Positions 60,594 through 64,000 of a stretch of DNA of 64,000 nt are shown one piece after another. Source of the stretch: Macrostomum lignano (lineage: Eukaryota); the NCBI GenBank assembly GCA_002269645.1, contig NIVC01000073.1, forward strand, positions 682,001 to 746,000, read 5' to 3'. Position numbers and translations under genes: made by a program. The notes beneath the pieces are model-generated. The model saw only the letters and a list, made by a program, of their open reading frames with translations. It ran no database searches and was not told the origin of the DNA. Each line of letters starts with the position of its first letter. Position 1 is the first letter of the stretch.

Positions 60594-63500
60594 CCCGCCT
60601 GGATAGCCGATCCGGTTGTCGTCCGGCCGTCGTCCGCATTGGTCCGCGTTTGGTGGTCGATTCCGGACAAATGCAGCTTTTCGTCCGGTATTCATCCAGT
60701 TTAAGCTGCCGGACAAAGTAGCGGGCCAGTTTCCGGATCAGAGCCGGACAAAGTGGTGATTTTTTTACTTAATTGGTCCATTTTAGTCCGGAATTATATC
60801 CGCTTGTTTACCCGGACAAAAACCGGATGAAGCATCAGATGACTTTACGGATGACTAGCCGGATGAATTGTCACTGTCGTCCAGAAAGTCATCCGCATTT
60901 TAATCCGGGCTGTCGCCCGCCTAACAACCGGACGAAGAGCGGATATGTTTCCGGGTGATAGTGGAGCACGTGGAATTGAATAGTGGAAAATGGCACCTTT
61001 CTCCTACTTGTATGCCCACAGTTTGTAACACATGTTCCAGAAACAGCAGCACAACGTGTTCTATTTCTTATGCTCCAAGTTCTACAGAAAAATATACTTC
61101 TCCGTATGACATTTCCCACGTTCTGATTTTGATGGGAGACTTCGATGTTGTTCGATGCCTTCGCATCTTTTGCATGTGTGCAACACATTAGATAGTACAC
61201 TATGTTAGATAGGGATCATAGAGGTCTTGGAAACAGCGGGTATTGTTGGACAAAATTGGTCTCGTCCGAGTTGTTACTGAAATGCAGAAATTCAGAAACA
61301 TGTTGTCCATTCTATATGTGGATAGATGAATAGGTCACACAGCAGATAGTGCTACAGTGAATATGCGCATCTAGACATCATAAACCAACCCAATCTCTTT
61401 CAGTACTGCACGACTCGAAAACTGCATGGACAATTCAGATTTACCGCCGCGGTTACAGCGGAGGCAGTACATGCGAGAGTACATGCGGCAGCGTGCGTTG
61501 GCCAATTCAAATAGTCGACAAGAAGGTTCGCGATCACCTCTGCGTCCAACCGCAGGAACTTCTGCAGATGTCGACTCCGGCGAAGTCCAGTCCGGCGGCG
61601 CAGGCACCAGTGGGACTGCTGCAGTCGTCGCAGCTGCAAGCAGATCCGCCTCTACATCTACAGTATCTCGAGATGAGCAGTCTGTATACCTGCCTATAGA
61701 CAATCCAGAGTCCGACGACGGTGGCGCACAGGCCGATGGCCGCAATGGGGACCCGGTGTCGAGCTCTGACAGCACTTCGGACGGGGATTCTTCCTCTAGT
61801 GGTGAGTCCCAGTCAGAGAGTTGGCTTATCGTGGATTGTGGATCCATCCCAATGGCTCATGTTTGATACTTTTGTGTTACCTGCACGTTGCACTCACACT
61901 GTCCACCGAACACATGCGCACTACGCTCACCACACACAATATATTCCTCCCAGGTTCGCAGTCTGATGACGGCCAGAGCACAGACTCCGACAACGACGAG
62001 GACGTCCCGGGGTTTCCAGGAGTCAATTGGCACGACGCTCTGCCCGTTTTGCTCGGAGAGGCAATTTGTGAGGTCAGCTCCTGCGCGAGGAAACTGAACC
62101 TGACAGTTAGCGGGACGACAAGGCTGCTTTCACTACTGCACAGGCTAGTACCCGACAACCGCCTTCCTCAGCACGGACGAACATTGCGTGAAACTTTGAA
62201 GAAGAGGGGAACAATCTCGGGGTCGTCAACATGTTACACTGTCTGCAACGACTGTTATCTACATTCCGAGCAGCGCTGCGATCAAGGAAACTCTAATTGT
62301 GCGCACTGTATGTCGGAAAATGTGGCCAACTTCTGGTTATTCGATATACCTGCGCAGATCCGAACATTCGTTGAATCTCGCGGTCTTCTACAGAGCGTAA
62401 CATTTCCGATTGAACGGCTTGCACTGGATGAAGAGAAGCTGCACTTTGCCAACAGCGAACTGTACAAGTCGTTTCTCGAGAACATCGAACCCGAGACTCG
62501 GAGCGACCTTACATACACCATCTGTGCAGACGGATTTCCTCTTTTCTGCACTAGCAATGTCGAGGTGTGCCCCGTCTATCTGAGTATTAACGAAGTGCAC
62601 GAGCGGCTGAAGCTCCGATTTGTGATGAAGTGTGGCGTGTGGGCTGGCAAGAAAAAGGTCCATGCCGCCGCCTTTCTGCCAATCGTCGTAAATGCACTGA
62701 ATACTCTGCGCTTCGATGGTGTACAGTATATCGACAGCCTCGGGGTTCAGCGTCGATTGCATCTGCATCCGCTAATGGCGCTGTTCGACGCTCCAGCAAG
62801 AGCGGACGCTCTGTGCATGAAGCGTTTCTCGGCTATCTACGGATGCGAGAAGTGCTACATCCGGACATCATTGCATCCATCAGGCCATGGACGAGTCTAC
62901 GGCGTCGGGGTTACTGACGCAATGCTTAATCAGGCCAGACGTCTAGGATGCGTTCAGACTGTAGTGCGGTCGACCAGCGACACTCACACTCTCGCTGAGC
63001 AGCACGCACAGCAGGGTGGCGACATTCGGACTGACGTCCTCGGTGTCCGTGGCCTGTCACCGCTGTCTCGACTGCACGGGTTTGACTTTGTCCGCGGCTG
63101 TCCACCGTGTTTCCTGCACCAGTTGTGCTCCGGCCTGGTACGCAATATTTTGTACCAGCTGTTCCTCGTGCGTCATGAAAAACCGGATCGAGGCGCCACA
63201 AATTGTCCGGACCTGCACGCGCGGCTGAGCCACATCGACCAGCGTCTTCGGCGCATTCGCATTCCTTGCACTGTTCAGCGTCACACTGTCAGGCTTCTCA
63301 AGGACATCAGACACATGCGCGGCCACGAATACGCAATGTGGTTGTTGGCGTTCGCGCCTTTCGTCCTTGATGACTTCCTGCCAGAGGAACACTACTGGCA
63401 CATTTTAATCCTCTCCACGTGCATCTTCTGGATGTCCTTAGAAGGTGCGCCGCGTGCAGAATTGCGCCACGTTGAAATCGGGCTGAGACACTTTCACGCG

Positions 63501-64000
63501 AACTTGTCGCGCCTTTATTCGCTGCGATTTCTGTCATACAACGCCCATCAAGTCTGCTGCCACATGCTGCCGTATGCCATACTGGCAGGTCCTCTGAACC
63601 GTCAATCCGCCGGGCTGTTTGAATCGATGCATACCAGACTGCGTCGCCAGATTCACGGGTCCCGCCGCACGGATGTGGAGATTGTTGGAGCCGTTGAGCG
63701 CGAGCTGGCAGTCATGCAGGCTGAGGAGCTTCTCCGCGACAACGACCAGCAGCCACGCGCGCGGCACAGAACGACATGCATGCGCGCGGCGTCTGGCATT
63801 CTACTACGGCATCCTAACAACATGGCCCACGGCTGGCGTTCGGCGTCTCTCCCGTCAGGGTTGTATTTCGAGGAGTATCTACCGGAGATTGAGACGCGGG
63901 CGTCATCTGCCTTTGTAGCCATTGCTGGATGCCAGCCGACGAGCTTTCAGTTCGGCCGCGTTCTAGTAATCGAGTGCGACAACGATGAGGTGTATGTCAA
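60594..64000 (+). mobile_element. CMC/EnSpm (CACTA-superfamily) DNA transposon, left part
   Basis: Abrupt AT-to-GC switch at CCCGCCTGG (60594), ~360-bp cluster of CCGGA/TCCGG motifs in both orientations, then the transposase; exact terminus inferred. Confidence 0.6.
61426..64000 (+). CDS. CMC/EnSpm-type DDE transposase (2 exons, runs off window)
   Basis: Exon 61426-61801 (donor G|GTGAGT) and 61954->64000 (acceptor CTCCCAG|), open for ~680 codons: ADGFPLF, GVWAGKKK, FDAPARA, YGCEKC, GVRGLSPL, FLHQLCSG, YNAHQ, GPL..SAGLFES. Confidence 0.9.

Noticed and set aside
60311-60963. CACTA...TAGTG mini-element
   Set aside because: The match is only 5 bp, flanks (TCG/GAG) are not a TSD, and the CACTA is part of the conserved Helitron junction.
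62282-63922. Short ORFs listed over the last 2 kb
   Set aside because: They are shadow frames of the single long transposase ORF, which the track omits because it has no stop inside the window.

Overview
Animal (eukaryotic) genomic DNA: GC- and CpG-rich spliced exons separated by introns and spacers filled with short-period minisatellites. The style resembles the flatworm Macrostomum lignano (inference, not verified). Genes reconstructed by hand from GT/AG sites and phase matching: (1) the 3' half of a non-NMDA, kainate-like ionotropic glutamate receptor that appears to have two alternative S2-end/M4/C-tail cassettes; (2) a 6-exon unknown gene (~496 aa); (3) a type-I membrane carboxylesterase-fold protein with a broken catalytic triad; (4) a 3-exon unknown minus-strand gene; (5) a 5-exon monoglyceride-lipase-like hydrolase; (6) a 4-exon CRP/MLP two-LIM protein. 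Mobile elements: a young 4.3-kb Mag-type Ty3/gypsy element (identical 185-bp LTRs, CTGTG TSD), a TA-flanked MITE, an RTE-like LINE fragment, three tRNA-derived SINEs, a fossil MULE transposase inside a ~4-kb CpG-depleted block, three related non-autonomous Helitrons carrying different internal satellites, and an intact spliced CMC/EnSpm transposase running off the right end (absent from the ORF track). Most long ORFs in the supplied track are translation artefacts of tandem repeats. All coordinates and counts are manual.
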